From the NCBI GenBank assembly GCA_950097015.1, contig CATNEN010000011.1, forward strand, positions 1,488,001 to 1,552,000: DNA of 64,000 nucleotides. Direction: 5' to 3'. The stretch is from Macrostomum hystrix (lineage: Eukaryota > Animalia > Platyhelminthes). The notes beneath the pieces are model-generated. The model saw only the letters and a list, made by a program, of their open reading frames with translations, did not search any database and was not told the origin of the DNA. Within the stretch, counting starts at the first letter, position 1. Every line of letters begins with the position of its first letter. Shown here piece after piece: positions 1 to 12,099 of this stretch. Made by a program: the position numbers and the translations under genes.

Positions 1-2292
1 CCTGCAGCAAGCTGGTGAAATGGGCATTATGCTCCACTGAATCTGTTTTTCCAAAGCACCTTGCTTGCACCATGTTCCAAAAAGTACATTTAATAGAGGC
101 TTTTAAAAACTTAGAAACATCGACATCGTAAACTGACGAGCTCCTCAAGCAAGACTGTCTTCTCGCGCACCAGTTTAGTGAATCCGCTGGCCGCATTAGC
201 TGCAGCTACAGCCGAAGAGTTTTGTGACATGACCAGCAGCCAACTGGTATCTCAGTGTTCAAATGAATCTAGAGATTAAAAAGTCGGAGAAGCACGTTCT
301 CAAGCAAAAATGCTTTGGTAAAAAGATTCATTCTCTACCACACTGTCTCAACAGCTAAACTAGACAGAGAGAACTGCGACCCAGCAATGCAAACTACAGT
401 CTCCATGTCAACTGCAGTGTTGTGCTGTGAGGCTTTTTCTACCCCTCTGCTCTGAGTATTATGCGTCTGGACTAGCTTGTACACTCAATACTGAACTCAA
501 TTTTTACTAAAAAGATTTTGTGCATCATATCGTGTAATTTGAGGCCGAGGCCCTACTTTGTTTCGAGTCTACACTCTTCAAGACAATGAGCTAATTTCAA
601 AGCTTATAATTGGTTACATTTTTAGTACCTTATTAGTGGATACCTCAGCAAGACAGTGGGTTTACTTTTAGAGGTTACTTTCGCACTTTTTCCTATAAAA
701 AGCCAAGAAATCAACGAAAGTGCTGATGCTAATAAAGAACTGAGAAAGTCTGCGATCAAATTTGATTTTAATTAACGTCCTTTCATGGTGAGTACGGTAT
801 TGCTATTTTGAATCTAAAGTCAAATATTTCCAACAAAAATTACTCGAGCCCAAAGATCACACGTCCACAAGATGGGAAAAACTCGAGATTCGCGACAGCG
901 CAAAAATCGGCTACTGAATTCAAAATTCAGTTCCCCACTGTGAGCTTTTCACGCACGTGGCGAAAAACGAAAGTCGCATTTTGCTCATTACCGCAATGGT
1001 AGATTGTTTAGTGATTACTCTATGGCCGAAACGAGTCCGAGAATCGCATCTCTCATTGTGCGTATATACCAAACACTAAAACTACGTATATGGCCAATCC
1101 ATAAGCGAAGGGTTCAAATAGTGCACTTTAGGGTGCGAAAAGAATTAAAATTGACTGTGTTGGGCACCTTTCAATCGATTGAATAAGGATGAAGTCCACG
1201 TATCTCGGGGAGCGAGCCTAAGATACCGATTCTCTTAGTTGCCTGGACCGCACTGTGAGAGATACAATTCAGACTACTGACAACAGTAGAAAAATAAAGA
1301 CTTGGCTGCAAAACTCTCACATAACACAAAAAAGTATCGCCATAAAATGGCAAGGTTAAAAGAGACTTCTGCGCACACTAAGAGTGGTGGGAGAGGACGG
1401 CGTGTGGCTATGGCTGACTGACGAAGGCAAACAAGCCAGAAACCGGTCTCGGTCTGCCAGAGCGAGGTTCGTTCCCCACTTTTAGTGTGTTACACGCACG
1501 AGTCGACCCTGTAGGGTCAGTAGCAGGACGCCCCGGAAAAGGCTTTCAATGGAAAGGCTTCCCCGCTCTGAGTCACTTAATTCGCAAGTAAAATCAAAAT
1601 TTACGAGGTAAATGTAAAAGCTCGTATTGTACGAGTAGTTGGCTTACGCGTTGAAACGAGGCTAAAACTAACGGCAGCCCGCCCTCTGCTGTTGTCTATG
1701 GTCGAATTCCTCGGCGCTACACGCCTCGACGTTTCAGTTCGTTTCTGCCCTCTGCAGTCTATCAATATTAGTACAAGTATATTGCACAAAGCATTACCTG
1801 GCCCGCTGGCACAACAACCTGCCTGACTATCTTAAAGCACTAAACCATACACCGAATCAACTATGAGCTGACAAAATTGATCCAGCAATCGATAGGTTTA
1901 CATTAGAAAACAGGTTCTTATTAACTAAAAATTAGGTTCCCCACCGTCCTGTTGTTGGAATATCATCATGAACAGCCTAAACTTTTTCTTTGAGTTTTGG
2001 AAATACGTTTTACGATGTAAATTAGGATGATGTAAATGTAATGATAGGTAAACGATAGGATTTATAATAAAAAAATTCCTAATAAACATCCTTTGCTTTA
2101 GTATTTACACTGTACTGCTACTATAATGTGCGAACTAAAAACAGCAATCGATAAAGACAGACAAAAGCTAAATTATTATTACTTGTTGCCTTCGAGCAGG
2201 ATAATTTTAGTACTAAAAGTTTATTTACAAATGAGGACTAATCGAGAGATAAGAGGTGGGATGCCTTAACCCTCTCCATTTCAGAAGCGAAG

Positions 2293-5200
2293 ATGACATC
2301 TAGAACACAGAGCCCGCCTAGTCTATCTCAACAGACACAGCAGGAGAGTGAGTGCACCACTCAGAAGGATGTGGAAGAAGTCTTACATGAATACCACGTC
2401 CTAACAGAGGGGCAGCAGGAGCTGTACAGTCAGCACAAGGATAAAGGAAGACTCAGACTCACGCAGGAAACCATGGAGAAGCTGAAGCCTGGTGACATCG
2501 TGCAGCTCTACTACTATAAACTGAGGCACTTGATCGTAGTTGAGAGCGTCAGGACCCGACCAGACAAGCCGCCCGACTTCATCATTATTGATGCCATTCA
2601 CTATGGAAGGTCAAGCGTACTCACGCCAAACACAGTAATGAGGGAGACATTTGAGCTGAGTCTCAACACACAAAAAAGCTGGCTGCTCGTGTTTCCACCC
2701 GCGAGCTGCTATCCAGCGCAAGCTGTGCTTCAACGAGCTCGCAACCGACTGAATGAAGAGGAGTACAACCGAATTTCAAATAATGCCTCAATGTTTGCCC
2801 TGTGGTGCAAAGTCCAGTCACCGTCGCACCGTCAGAGTTGTCATGTGCCAATCTACAAATCCGACGAACATCACACTCATGAAGTCAAAGCAGGTGACCA
2901 TGTTCGAATTTCCTGCAGCGACAGTCGTCGGATTCACGCAGAGGTGACAAATGTCGAGCCAGTCATCGAGGATGCAAGTATGGTGACTGTGGTGGCGAAA
3001 AAAGGCACGTGTTCATGCTTGCCCATTGTTCACGAGGCCGAGCATGTGTTGACGAAGCAAGTCAGAAAAATAATTTCAACGCAATGTCACAATGGAGCTG
3101 ATCTATCACGGATGAGAGAGCGGGTCCGATTCCTGAACAGGGTGGTCTATTCGAACAAGATATTGTCAAGCCTCTCAATATGCCACCTGCTCATTAGAGA
3201 TCAAGCGCTCTCAACTGACCAGTGGAAGAAAAACGCTCTAGAAGTGGAAGGACACAGTGACTGCCGAGAGCTTTGCAAAACAGTTGATCCCGAAAGTCTA
3301 AAAGCAGGAGACATGATATACCTAGACAAGGAGTACCGCTTGATCACGAATATCAGGTCACGTGAGTCAGGTACTACAGTCGTTCGAACGGTTCAGTATT
3401 GTGCAGAGAAAGACAAATGCACTGCGAATGACCTCATCGAGTTCAAGATTTGGACCCGCAAGAAAGAGAAGAGCGTCTCCTTGTGTGTGCACAACGAAGC
3501 GAAGCTGGACTGCGAGCTGTACGGTGGTGGTCGGGAAAAATCGGTCTATTCAGCAGTCAAGGTCACTGATTTGAATAATGTGAAAACTGGCAGTGTGATC
3601 AGCTTTCGGAGTCAGGAAGGCTTCAGCATGCAAATCGAACGCCTTGTCAGTTCAGCTCTCTTGAGAAAACATGCAGTTGTCATTCAAGCATTACATCAGG
3701 CTGATAGCGAGAAAAGCGACGAAAAACAAACCAAATTAATGTGCGAAGTGATGACTTACGTATTGAAACCATCACTCAGTACTCAGATGTTTGAGGTCGC
3801 ACTTCAGACCTGTGAGCTTGACATTGGAGAGGAGAGTAAGCAAGATGTGCATCTCATCACCTACAATGTTGGAGACGACAGAAAGTTTTCACCTGAGAAG
3901 GTGGTGGAGAGAGCGTTTTCCAGAAAAGGTGAGCGTGATCACAACTGGATGTGGAACAGCGATCGCGACTTTGCGAGGTGGTGCAGCATCGAGCATGGCA
4001 GCAATCGAGAGCAGTGCCGCGTTGACATCAACTCTGCAGAAGATCTGGTGAGGTTCGGAAGAGGCCACATCAAGTTTCCGAAGTTATTCGACATTTACAC
4101 TCACGATGCGATCATGAGAGAGTGCACACAATTTGAGGATTCTAATGAGATTGTAAAAGTTCATTTGTACGAGAACAACAAGCAGTTCAGATCAGTCAGA
4201 AAGGAGGAGTTGAAAATCAGTGCCGAAGAAACAATTCGCCGATTTGTGTACAATGGCTTCAGTCGATCAGATACTCGCATGGACCTTCTCGAGCAGCTAC
4301 TCGGTGTCACCTTCTTGAATACCGACGACGACAAGATGAGCTTCATTAAGTGGGCGAATCAAGGCAGCCGAGTTACGAGTCAGGACTTTTGTTACTGGCT
4401 CAAGAATAAGAACAGACAAGGCTTGAAGGATATAGAAGGGTTGTTTGGAACCCATTTGGAACGGATGCAAAAGGATCTGAGGCTTGTAAACAAATTCGGC
4501 ACTCTCAGCTCTCAGCCTGGTGAGAGTGTCTTTGTGGAAGACAATGTGAATCGCAGCAGCCTCAGGCAGTTTGATCACGTCATCCTCAAACGGAGGGTGC
4601 AAGGTAAGGTCAAGGACGTCCACTTCATTCTCGTTGAATGGGATCCCGAGTCGAGCTCAGGCTTCGGCGTGACGTACGAAGCACCAGCCGAGGAGGTGAA
4701 GATGGGAATCAACGAATTCATCGGATTCCTCCGCGTCAACGGCCCGGGCCAGCTGCAGAAAGTCGTGCACAATGCCGACCTCGATTGGGAGAGGATTGAT
4801 GCGAAATTCGATGAATGTCGAGGTGCAAGAAACTACCATCTATTTTCTAACAACTGTGAGCACTTCGTGAACTTTTTGATCTACGGTCGATTCACAAGTT
4901 TACAGCTCAGCGACTGGGCTTGGACTGCAATATCTATTTGGAACTCAGTTGAAAAATACTCTGAATTTGATAGTAAAATTCTGCGGATTTTCGCAGACAT
5001 TTCGCCAGCTGTGCCTGACGGAAGGACATCTTGGTCGGAAGGATTCAGCTTGGCGTCCGGTTTGGTCTTTGCTTTTATAGTTGCCGTTCTGGAGTTCCGC
5101 AAGGCCACTACAGGAATGCCTGAGCACGAGTACCGCTGGCGCTTTAGAAGTCTTAAGACCTCGGTGGGCTCCTCACTGGCTGGTCTGCTGATCGCTATTG

Positions 5201-5310
5201 GACTGGGCACGTCGTGGTTGCCCTGTATGGGAATCGCAGCGAGTGCCTTCGCTGTGAGCAACATTTTACCCAGAGTTCCCGCAATTTGGGATTCTATTTT
5301 TACACCATAA
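2293..5310 (+). CDS. Intronless multi-domain LRAT/PLAAT-like (permuted NlpC/P60) protein with hydrophobic C-terminus
   Basis: 1005-aa ORF. Canonical YHLFSNNCEHF at about 4834-4866. Degenerate equivalents: YNRISNNASMFALWCK (about 2764-2811) and HNWMWNSDRDFARWC (about 3940-3984). Six LRAT-type start strands (LKPGDIV, VKAGDHV, LKAGDMI, VKTGSVI, LVRFGRGHI, LRQFDHVI). Two C-terminal hydrophobic segments. tttcag acceptor 8 nt before the ATG. Confidence 0.8.
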   Translation: MTSRTQSPPSLSQQTQQESECTTQKDVEEVLHEYHVLTEGQQELYSQHKDKGRLRLTQETMEKLKPGDIVQLYYYKLRHLIVVESVRTRPDKPPDFIIIDAIHYGRSSVLTPNTVMRETFELSLNTQKSWLLVFPPASCYPAQAVLQRARNRLNEEEYNRISNNASMFALWCKVQSPSHRQSCHVPIYKSDEHHTHEVKAGDHVRISCSDSRRIHAEVTNVEPVIEDASMVTVVAKKGTCSCLPIVHEAEHVLTKQVRKIISTQCHNGADLSRMRERVRFLNRVVYSNKILSSLSICHLLIRDQALSTDQWKKNALEVEGHSDCRELCKTVDPESLKAGDMIYLDKEYRLITNIRSRESGTTVVRTVQYCAEKDKCTANDLIEFKIWTRKKEKSVSLCVHNEAKLDCELYGGGREKSVYSAVKVTDLNNVKTGSVISFRSQEGFSMQIERLVSSALLRKHAVVIQALHQADSEKSDEKQTKLMCEVMTYVLKPSLSTQMFEVALQTCELDIGEESKQDVHLITYNVGDDRKFSPEKVVERAFSRKGERDHNWMWNSDRDFARWCSIEHGSNREQCRVDINSAEDLVRFGRGHIKFPKLFDIYTHDAIMRECTQFEDSNEIVKVHLYENNKQFRSVRKEELKISAEETIRRFVYNGFSRSDTRMDLLEQLLGVTFLNTDDDKMSFIKWANQGSRVTSQDFCYWLKNKNRQGLKDIEGLFGTHLERMQKDLRLVNKFGTLSSQPGESVFVEDNVNRSSLRQFDHVILKRRVQGKVKDVHFILVEWDPESSSGFGVTYEAPAEEVKMGINEFIGFLRVNGPGQLQKVVHNADLDWERIDAKFDECRGARNYHLFSNNCEHFVNFLIYGRFTSLQLSDWAWTAISIWNSVEKYSEFDSKILRIFADISPAVPDGRTSWSEGFSLASGLVFAFIVAVLEFRKATTGMPEHEYRWRFRSLKTSVGSSLAGLLIAIGLGTSWLPCMGIAASAFAVSNILPRVPAIWDSIFTP

Positions 5311-5995
5311 ACTATGGTGCTTTTTAACGAAAAGTTTTTTAGTTTAGCAGAATTTTGCTTACAATGGTTGGCATGAAACATTTTTTTCTTGAACTCAGAA
5401 GTCAAATGTACTTTTAACATCCGCTTTTTGACACTTACATAATAGCCCCCTATTGATTTTGTTGTCTTTACCCGACTTGGCTTTGATTTCCAACCTCTAT
5501 AGTCAGTTCTCGAGCTTCCCTACCACCTACTAGGATGAGACATTCAAGGACTACTAAAGTAGACCTATCTACTACACCGTGAAGTAGGCAAAGTAGCAAG
5601 TGGTCCTTGGAAACAGTTATCTACGTTTTGCACGATATCAATAGATTCCCCCAATAACGAATTTTTTTAGGTCCACCTCCTTAAGCACAGATAAACCAGT
5701 ACTTGATAATGGCTGTGCTGCACAAACTCTCGAAATTTTACCAAAATAAAAAAAATCCACTAATTTCAGAGTACCAGCTTCTGTTAGATGCGCTTTAAAC
5801 TGTTTTTTAGATAATGGCTTTAAATATATATGCCTATAGTGGTTTAACAAATATTTTTATAACGTAAAATGAATACCACACATAAAAAACTTTCTTTGTT
5901 ATGCACTCTGCTTTATCAGTCGTGTTGCTTGGTGGCTGGCCTATGCAATATCGTAATACTTATTATGAGAATATAATTTCCTATTATAAACTATA

Positions 5996-6330
5996 GGGGT
6001 CGGTGGCAGAGCCTCTGCCTCTCACACCCTAAGTTCGATTCCGCGGCGAGGCCACATTCATTTGGGCGCCGCCGCGGAGAAATTAAGGCTTGGGGGCTTG
6101 TCGTGCAATTTACGCCCTTGAGCTGGCCAACCTCCAAGGTACAATAAAGTGTACACTTTCAAAGGATGAGAAAGTCAGGGCAGATGTACACACCTGTGTG
6201 AGTGTGAGTGTGATTTTCAGGAGTCAGCGAAATGGGCAGAATTGTCTCCTCGCTGGCTGCGGGTCTAGTGTCACCAAATGATGCGCCATTGCCGGCAGCC
6301 CTCCTGCAATTATTATTATTATTATTATTA
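5996..6330 (+). mobile_element. tRNA-derived SINE family A copy
   Basis: A/B-box-like head (GGTGGCAGAG...GTTCGATTCC), body nearly identical to 15481-15813, (ATT)n tail. Confidence 0.85.
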
Positions 6331-6432
6331 CGGTCAGTCCTGGTGGTTAATTTTTTTAGCTTTTAGCTAAATGAGCTCGAATAATCACTTACCCGAGTCA
6401 CTTATAATATATATAAAGAGTCACTTATCCGA

Positions 6433-8730
6433 GCACAGGCGAATATCGATTGCCAAAATGTTGATGGTTGCATGTTGAATGTTGAATGTTGACAGTCGAA
6501 GCTGACATCAATCGCCAAGAATTGACTGGTCGATCACCTCTCTACGTAGCATCAAAGCAAGGTCATCCGCAGATTGTAAAGACACTCCTCAGGGTCCGAG
6601 CCGACGTTAGTCTCCAGGAGAAAGTCAACGGGACCTTTGCCCTCTACATCCCTCTACATCGCAGCGCTTCAGGGACATCAACAAGTGGTCGACTTGCTGA
6701 TCAAAGCGCAAGAAGACGTCAATTGTCAAGATGCTCAGGGCCGATCATCGCTCTATATTGCGTCACAGAAAGGCTATCACCGAATCGTCGATTTACTCAT
6801 CAAAGCTCAAGCCGATGTCAACCACCGGGCCAGGAGCGGCTTCTCACCTCCCGACATCGCATCACGGATGGGTCATCAGCGTGTGGCAGAGCTAATAAAA
6901 GAAGCGCAAGCCGATCTTACCTCTCACCCAACAATTCCGTCGCGATGTGACAAGTAAAGAAACAAATTTATGTACATTAATTAATTTCGTTAAAATTTAG
7001 AATGCTTGGTTTTAAATTAATATGGCAAAAATGCAAGACACAATTAAAAAAACAGAAACACTCCGACTGCCTCTGACTCCAGCAAGCAGCTGCACTCGGC
7101 TCTCGCCCAGGCTGGATTCACTGATTCAAAAGCTGCACTCCAATGTGCAGTAGCCGCCGTACTGCAGGATATCCTAAGGAAGACGCACAGGGATTACGAC
7201 GGGGTATTTCTGATGGGCAGCTACTCAGAAGGCTGGGGCAATGATCTGAGGTCACTGGACGGTAGGACCGACATCGAGTCGGATATCGATGTCATGTGGC
7301 TGATTCAAGGCAGCTTGCACCACCTGAGAGACGTGTGTGACTGCTCTGATCCAAGTATCAAGCATGAGTACAACAATGGTCACATTGAGTGTCCTGGATT
7401 CGGTAATTTAAACTTCTGTATTCTCAACTCGTTGCATCAGTAAAGCAAAAAATAATTCGGCCAATTTCATTGCAGCATCGAATCCAGCTAGACCAGAAGG
7501 TGGATCTGATCTCAGACCGGCAGTGGACGACGTCTCCGCCAGCCGTCTGTGCCGCTATCCACCCATCGCTCCGCTCATGCCTTACAGAGTTGGCTAGCTC
7601 AAACATCCCTCAGTCTGTGCTGCGTCTCTCCAGCTGGACCTCACAGCCGCCTCATCGCCCTGTCACGTGGTGCACGCAGCCTACCTGGTCATCTGTCTGT
7701 CATCTGTCATCTGGTCTACCTGGTCGTGAAGGACACGAGCTCCGAGTGAGCACCAGCTTCCTGGAGAAGCGGATGCTGAGAAGCCTCAGCACACTGCAAG
7801 GTCAGCTGTTCGTCACGCTTAAGTACCTGATCAAGGTCATCTCCAGCAAGGACGGCTTCGACGTGCAAGGCTTGAAGCCGTATCACGCAAAGACAATCAC
7901 CTTTCGGATGGTGGAGGAAACACCACATGACCTGTGGCAGCCGCAGAATCGTGTGAGTCTCACGAGGCGGTCGCTGCAGATGCTGCTCGACAGCGTGGAG
8001 ACCAACCTCAGTCCTGACAATGCTCATGGTCGGATCATGGAGCACTTCTTCCTGAGCGATGCCGCTCTGTACATCAAGGGCGTCGATCGAAAGAAGTCAC
8101 AAGAGACCTTGAGCAGAATCGCAAGCACGCTGAGAACTGTTATGGAGAAGCTGCCGAAACTGCTGCTGCACTTTATGAGCAGTCTCAGACCATTGACTGA
8201 GTCGGGCAGACTCTGCCCGACCACCCGTTCCAAGTGCTGCCAGACATCAGGACGAACGTCCTTCAGAGGTCCAACAGCCTCGAGTACCACGAGATCTACG
8301 ACGTTGTGAGGGAGTGTCTGCCGAGTCTCTCCGACCAGGACTGCAGCGCGAGCTGTCGAGAGAGGCTGACAGAGCTGGCAGTCTGCCAGACTGCGCCTTC
8401 ACCACACGGGAGGCTCTCAGAGCGCTGGCCAGTCTCAAGTTCGACGACCGAGGGAGCGCGGTGAGAGTTTTGAGCCAGTGCGGAGGGTACTCGGTGAGCA
8501 GAGGCATCGACTGGTCGGCTGAGAAGTCGGCGACTAAAGCGACAGCGGAGTTCGTGTGGTGCCACCTGAGGAGTCACGACTCGGCGTGGAAGTTCTGCTT
8601 CGAGTTCGACAGCCGGCCGGAGCTCCAGTTCCTGACGCCAGCCCTGGCCGCCAAGTTTCCGATCCAGATTGGAAATCAAGTGCATTTCTACCTGAACTTT
8701 GACCTCTGCGCGTCGATCTACTGCGCCTAG
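6433..8730 (+). pseudogene. Ankyrin-repeat / Mab-21 (cGAS-like receptor, cGLR) nucleotidyltransferase, disrupted
   Basis: About 4 ankyrin repeats (GRSPLYVASKQGH, GTFALYIAALQGH, GRSSLYIASQKGY, GFSPPDIASRMGH). A phase-2 intron 6954-7055 joins them in frame to GSYSEGWG...ESDIDVM (7216-7296). A second intron lies at 7403-7475. Mab-21 C-terminal motifs follow (ELRVSTSFLEK, LKPYHAKTITF, MEHFFL). Lesions: 10-bp duplication at 6641-6660, in-frame TAG at 7595, frame switches near 7600, 7690, 8220 and 8400. Confidence 0.8.
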
Positions 8731-8984
8731 ACTGCAGCGATCAGCAGCACACTTTGGAGTGGATATCAGATCTTAATGAACGGATTAAGGCGAACGAAGT
8801 TCCTGACGAGCAGGAGCTGTTTGTTGGCGGAATTGTTTTATCTACTAGTAGCAGCAAATTATGAAGCCGTAGAGTTTTTTGACGTTCATAAAACGAAAGC
8901 GAAGTGTCGAGTCGGTAAGGGGGAGAGAAAAGTAGAGTAATGGAAAGAGTTGCTTCATTGGGAAGGGAGAAAAGGATGGGATGG

Positions 8985-9603
8985 GAGGAAGGGAAAGGGG
9001 AGAGTGAGGAAGGGAAAGGGGAGAGTGAGGAAGGGAAAGGGCAGAGTGAGGAAGGGAAAGGAGAGAGTGAGGAAGGGAAAGGAGAGAGTGAGGAAGGGAA
9101 AGGAGAGAGTGAGGAAGGGAAAGGGCAGAGTGAGGAAGGGAAAGGAGAGAGTGAGGAAGAGGAAGAGAGAGAGTGAGGAAGGGAAAGGGCAGAGTGAGGA
9201 AGGGAAAGGAGAGAGTGAGGAAGAGGAAGAGAGAGAGTGAGGAAGGGAAAGGAGAGAGTGAGGAAGGGAAAGGAGAGAGTGAGGAAGGGAAAGGGCAGAG
9301 TGAGGAAGGGAAAGGAGAGAGTGAGGAAGAGGAAGAGAGAGAGTGAGGAAGGGAAAGGGCAGAGTGAGGAAGGGAAAGGAGAGAGTGAGGAAGGGAAAGG
9401 AGAGAGTGAGGAAGGGAAAGGAGAGAGTGAGGAAGGGAAAGGAGAGAGTGAGGAAGGGAAAGGAGAGAGTGAGGAAGGGAAAGGAGAGAGTGAGGAAGGG
9501 AAAGGAGAGAGTGAGGAAGGGAAAGGAGAGAGTGAGGAAGGGAAAGGAGAGAGTGAGGAAGGGAAAGGAGAGAGTGAGGAAGAGGAAGAGAGAGTCAGGA
9601 GGA
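8985..9603. repeat. 21-bp purine minisatellite (GAGAGTGAGGAAGGGAAAGGA)n
   Basis: Directly visible tandem array; it explains the EEGKGES and RVRKGKE ORFs. Confidence 0.95.
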
Positions 9604-10287
9604 AGGGATTAGTTAAATATTTTACTTAAAAGCACCAGATGCACACAAATATTCTAAAAGTGAACGACCGAGTCAGTTACCATTTCGCTCACTGCTTTAT
9701 AGAATCGCTTAAGAAACAAACAATGAATACTCTTTTGTAACTCGTTCTCAGTTTAATAATTAAAATGTACCATACTAGTGGAAAAGTGCAGCTTAACAGA
9801 ATCGTTTTTTAATTGTCAGCAAAGCTTTTAAGAAATTTGGAGTCATTTTATTTGTTACTTAATCTTAAGGGAGTTCGGTGCCTTTTACTGAACCAATTTT
9901 CAACGTGACTGGTTCAAGCGATTTGTTAATTGGTTTCTTAATTGTTGACAATGAATGAATTCGAAAAATTGCTGGAAAAAATATAAAATTTTATGCATTT
10001 TTACTGCATAGAGATATTGAACAGGCGCTTTTAATAGGAAAAATACTGCAGAGACAGTTTGAAACGGACGCTACTAACAGTAGGCATATATTGATAATAT
10101 ACACAATTTAATTCTCTGAAACAATTGAATTGAACAGAGGAAAAAATGAAAACAAAAAACTCAGTTTTTCCCCCATTAAAGTTGAACACACGGACAAATA
10201 AGATAGGCATGCAATTAATATTCAATCTGAGGTTAATTGCTAATTCCTACATCGTGATTTTGTCATCTCTTAAACTGGTGATTTATA

Positions 10288-10535
10288 GGAAGTTGTAGCC
10301 CTGTGGTTAGGGGTTCGATTCCAGACTCCACTAAAACAATTTGTGTCCTGTAGAAATATGCAAAACTCTGCATTTTTCAGTTCACCCAGCTCTGAGCTGG
10401 GGTAATTAAGGGTGTTAGCGTCCTGTCCATGGACTGGACAGCTGTACGCAGCTTTCAGATGCGCCGCGCAATAGCTGCGGCTGTGCTGCCTGCTGCAGAT
10501 CTGGCCCAATTGGGGCAGCTTCAATTAATAATAAT
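10288..10535 (+). mobile_element. tRNA-derived SINE family B copy (head partly deleted)
   Basis: Homologous to 32804-33115, with an (AAT)n tail. Confidence 0.8.
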
Positions 10536-11139
10536 AGGTACTATATACTTTACATCATATTTGGTGTTTTTTAGTCCCATAAACTGGGACTCAGTCATCC
10601 CCATAGACTCCGTGATAATGCGATAATCTATTTTCAAGTGCCAACAAATCAGAAACAAAGGACGATGAATTAAAAAAGCAAGTCAATTTGATTGACCGAG
10701 CGGGCGAAACACTAAAAAGCGCTTTGAATAGAAAACTTGCATAGCAAAATAAGAAATCGAATTCGGATAAAATCCGGCTTAGCCAATGACGCAATGGTAA
10801 ATGTTTGACAGCTTTATCGAAAAAAACGACTGACATAGATTTGTTGAAAAGCATTGGAGACTTTTAGCGACACTTCTACTTAACTCACTCGGGAAAATGT
10901 TTTGTCGCACGCTTACACACACAATCGGTTAGATAGTAGTATATAGGTAAATTTTGTACGTTGGCGCTAGTTCAAATTGCGGAGAAAAGTAAAAAGATAA
11001 AAACAAAACAAAGCATTTGTGTATAGTTGTGCTGTGGCGCTTAACTCACAGGAGCTAAAACTATAGACAACAGCATAGCTGGTCAAAAAGTCGCAATTAA
11101 CAATAAAATAATTATTATTAACGAGCAACTGGAAACCTG

Positions 11140-11560
11140 GAAATACTTGGTCAGCAGAGGGGATAATTTGCAACTGAGGGATAATTAGCTTTTGAAGGGA
11201 TAATTTGCTACTGAGGGGGTAATTTTCTACTGAGGGGATAATTAGCTTTTGAGGGGATAATTTGCTACTGAGGGGATAATTAGCTTTTGAAGAGATAATT
11301 CGCTACTGACGGAATAGTTAGCTTTTGAGGGGATAATTTGCTACTGAGGGGATAATTAGCTTTTGAAGGGATAGTTTGCTACTGAGCGGATAGTTAGCTT
11401 TGAGGGGACAATTTGCTACTGAGGATATAATTTACAAGTTAGGGGATAATTTGCTACTGAGGGGATAATTTGCTTTTGGGGGGATAATTTGCTACTGAGG
11501 GGATAATTTGCTTTTGAGAAGATAATTTGCTAATGAGGAGATAATTTACAACTGAGGGCC
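11140..11560. repeat. 19-20-bp minisatellite (ACTGAGGGGATAATTTGCT / TTTGAGGGGATAATTAGCT)
   Basis: Visible tandem array of two alternating variants. Confidence 0.9.
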
Positions 11561-12099
11561 AACAACGATTTATCTGGCCAATCGATAGGCGAAGTATAAC
11601 TATAAAATGCCGTTATAAACTAATAGAATCTAAGATCTTGCTTATCTACCGAAGTATTTATCGAAGACGTTAAAATATCCGTAAAAAGTAGGTAACAGAG
11701 GAACAGTTAAAAATAGCTACATAAAGATCGAATCCAAGAGAATAGTGATGCAGAGAGACAATTGAGAAATAGACTGGGAGATTTTTGTGGGTCGACACAT
11801 GGACAGCAATAATGTTATATCTAGAGAAAAATAGTCAATAGTCCGCAGACCCAGACGCCTTCATAAAGCATTAGAAAATTCGTTAAAATGCTAAGAAAAA
11901 ATGAATGTAGAATACAAAAAACACCGTGCCGTTTTATTCTGACTAATTAAATAAAAAAGTTAATTTCATTTTGTAATAAGAGCTGCGACTGTAAAAAAAT
12001 AATTGCAGCCAGTTCTAAAATAAGCAAAAAGCAAGCGAAAATCGAGAAAATGTTATGAAAAGCGACATAATTTCATAATGTAGTTTATTACTCGAATCT

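Noticed and set aside
1-520. Possible hAT transposase remnant (ATAEEF, RLKSRRST); also ILDPSFKL at about 32550-32590
   Set aside because: Only short, stop-interrupted resemblances with no TIRs; too weak without a profile search.
8940-9629. Repetitive ORFs here and at 12104-12827, 23105-23779, 56215-56930 and 57687-58582
   Set aside because: All coincide with minisatellites and show no non-repetitive coding context.
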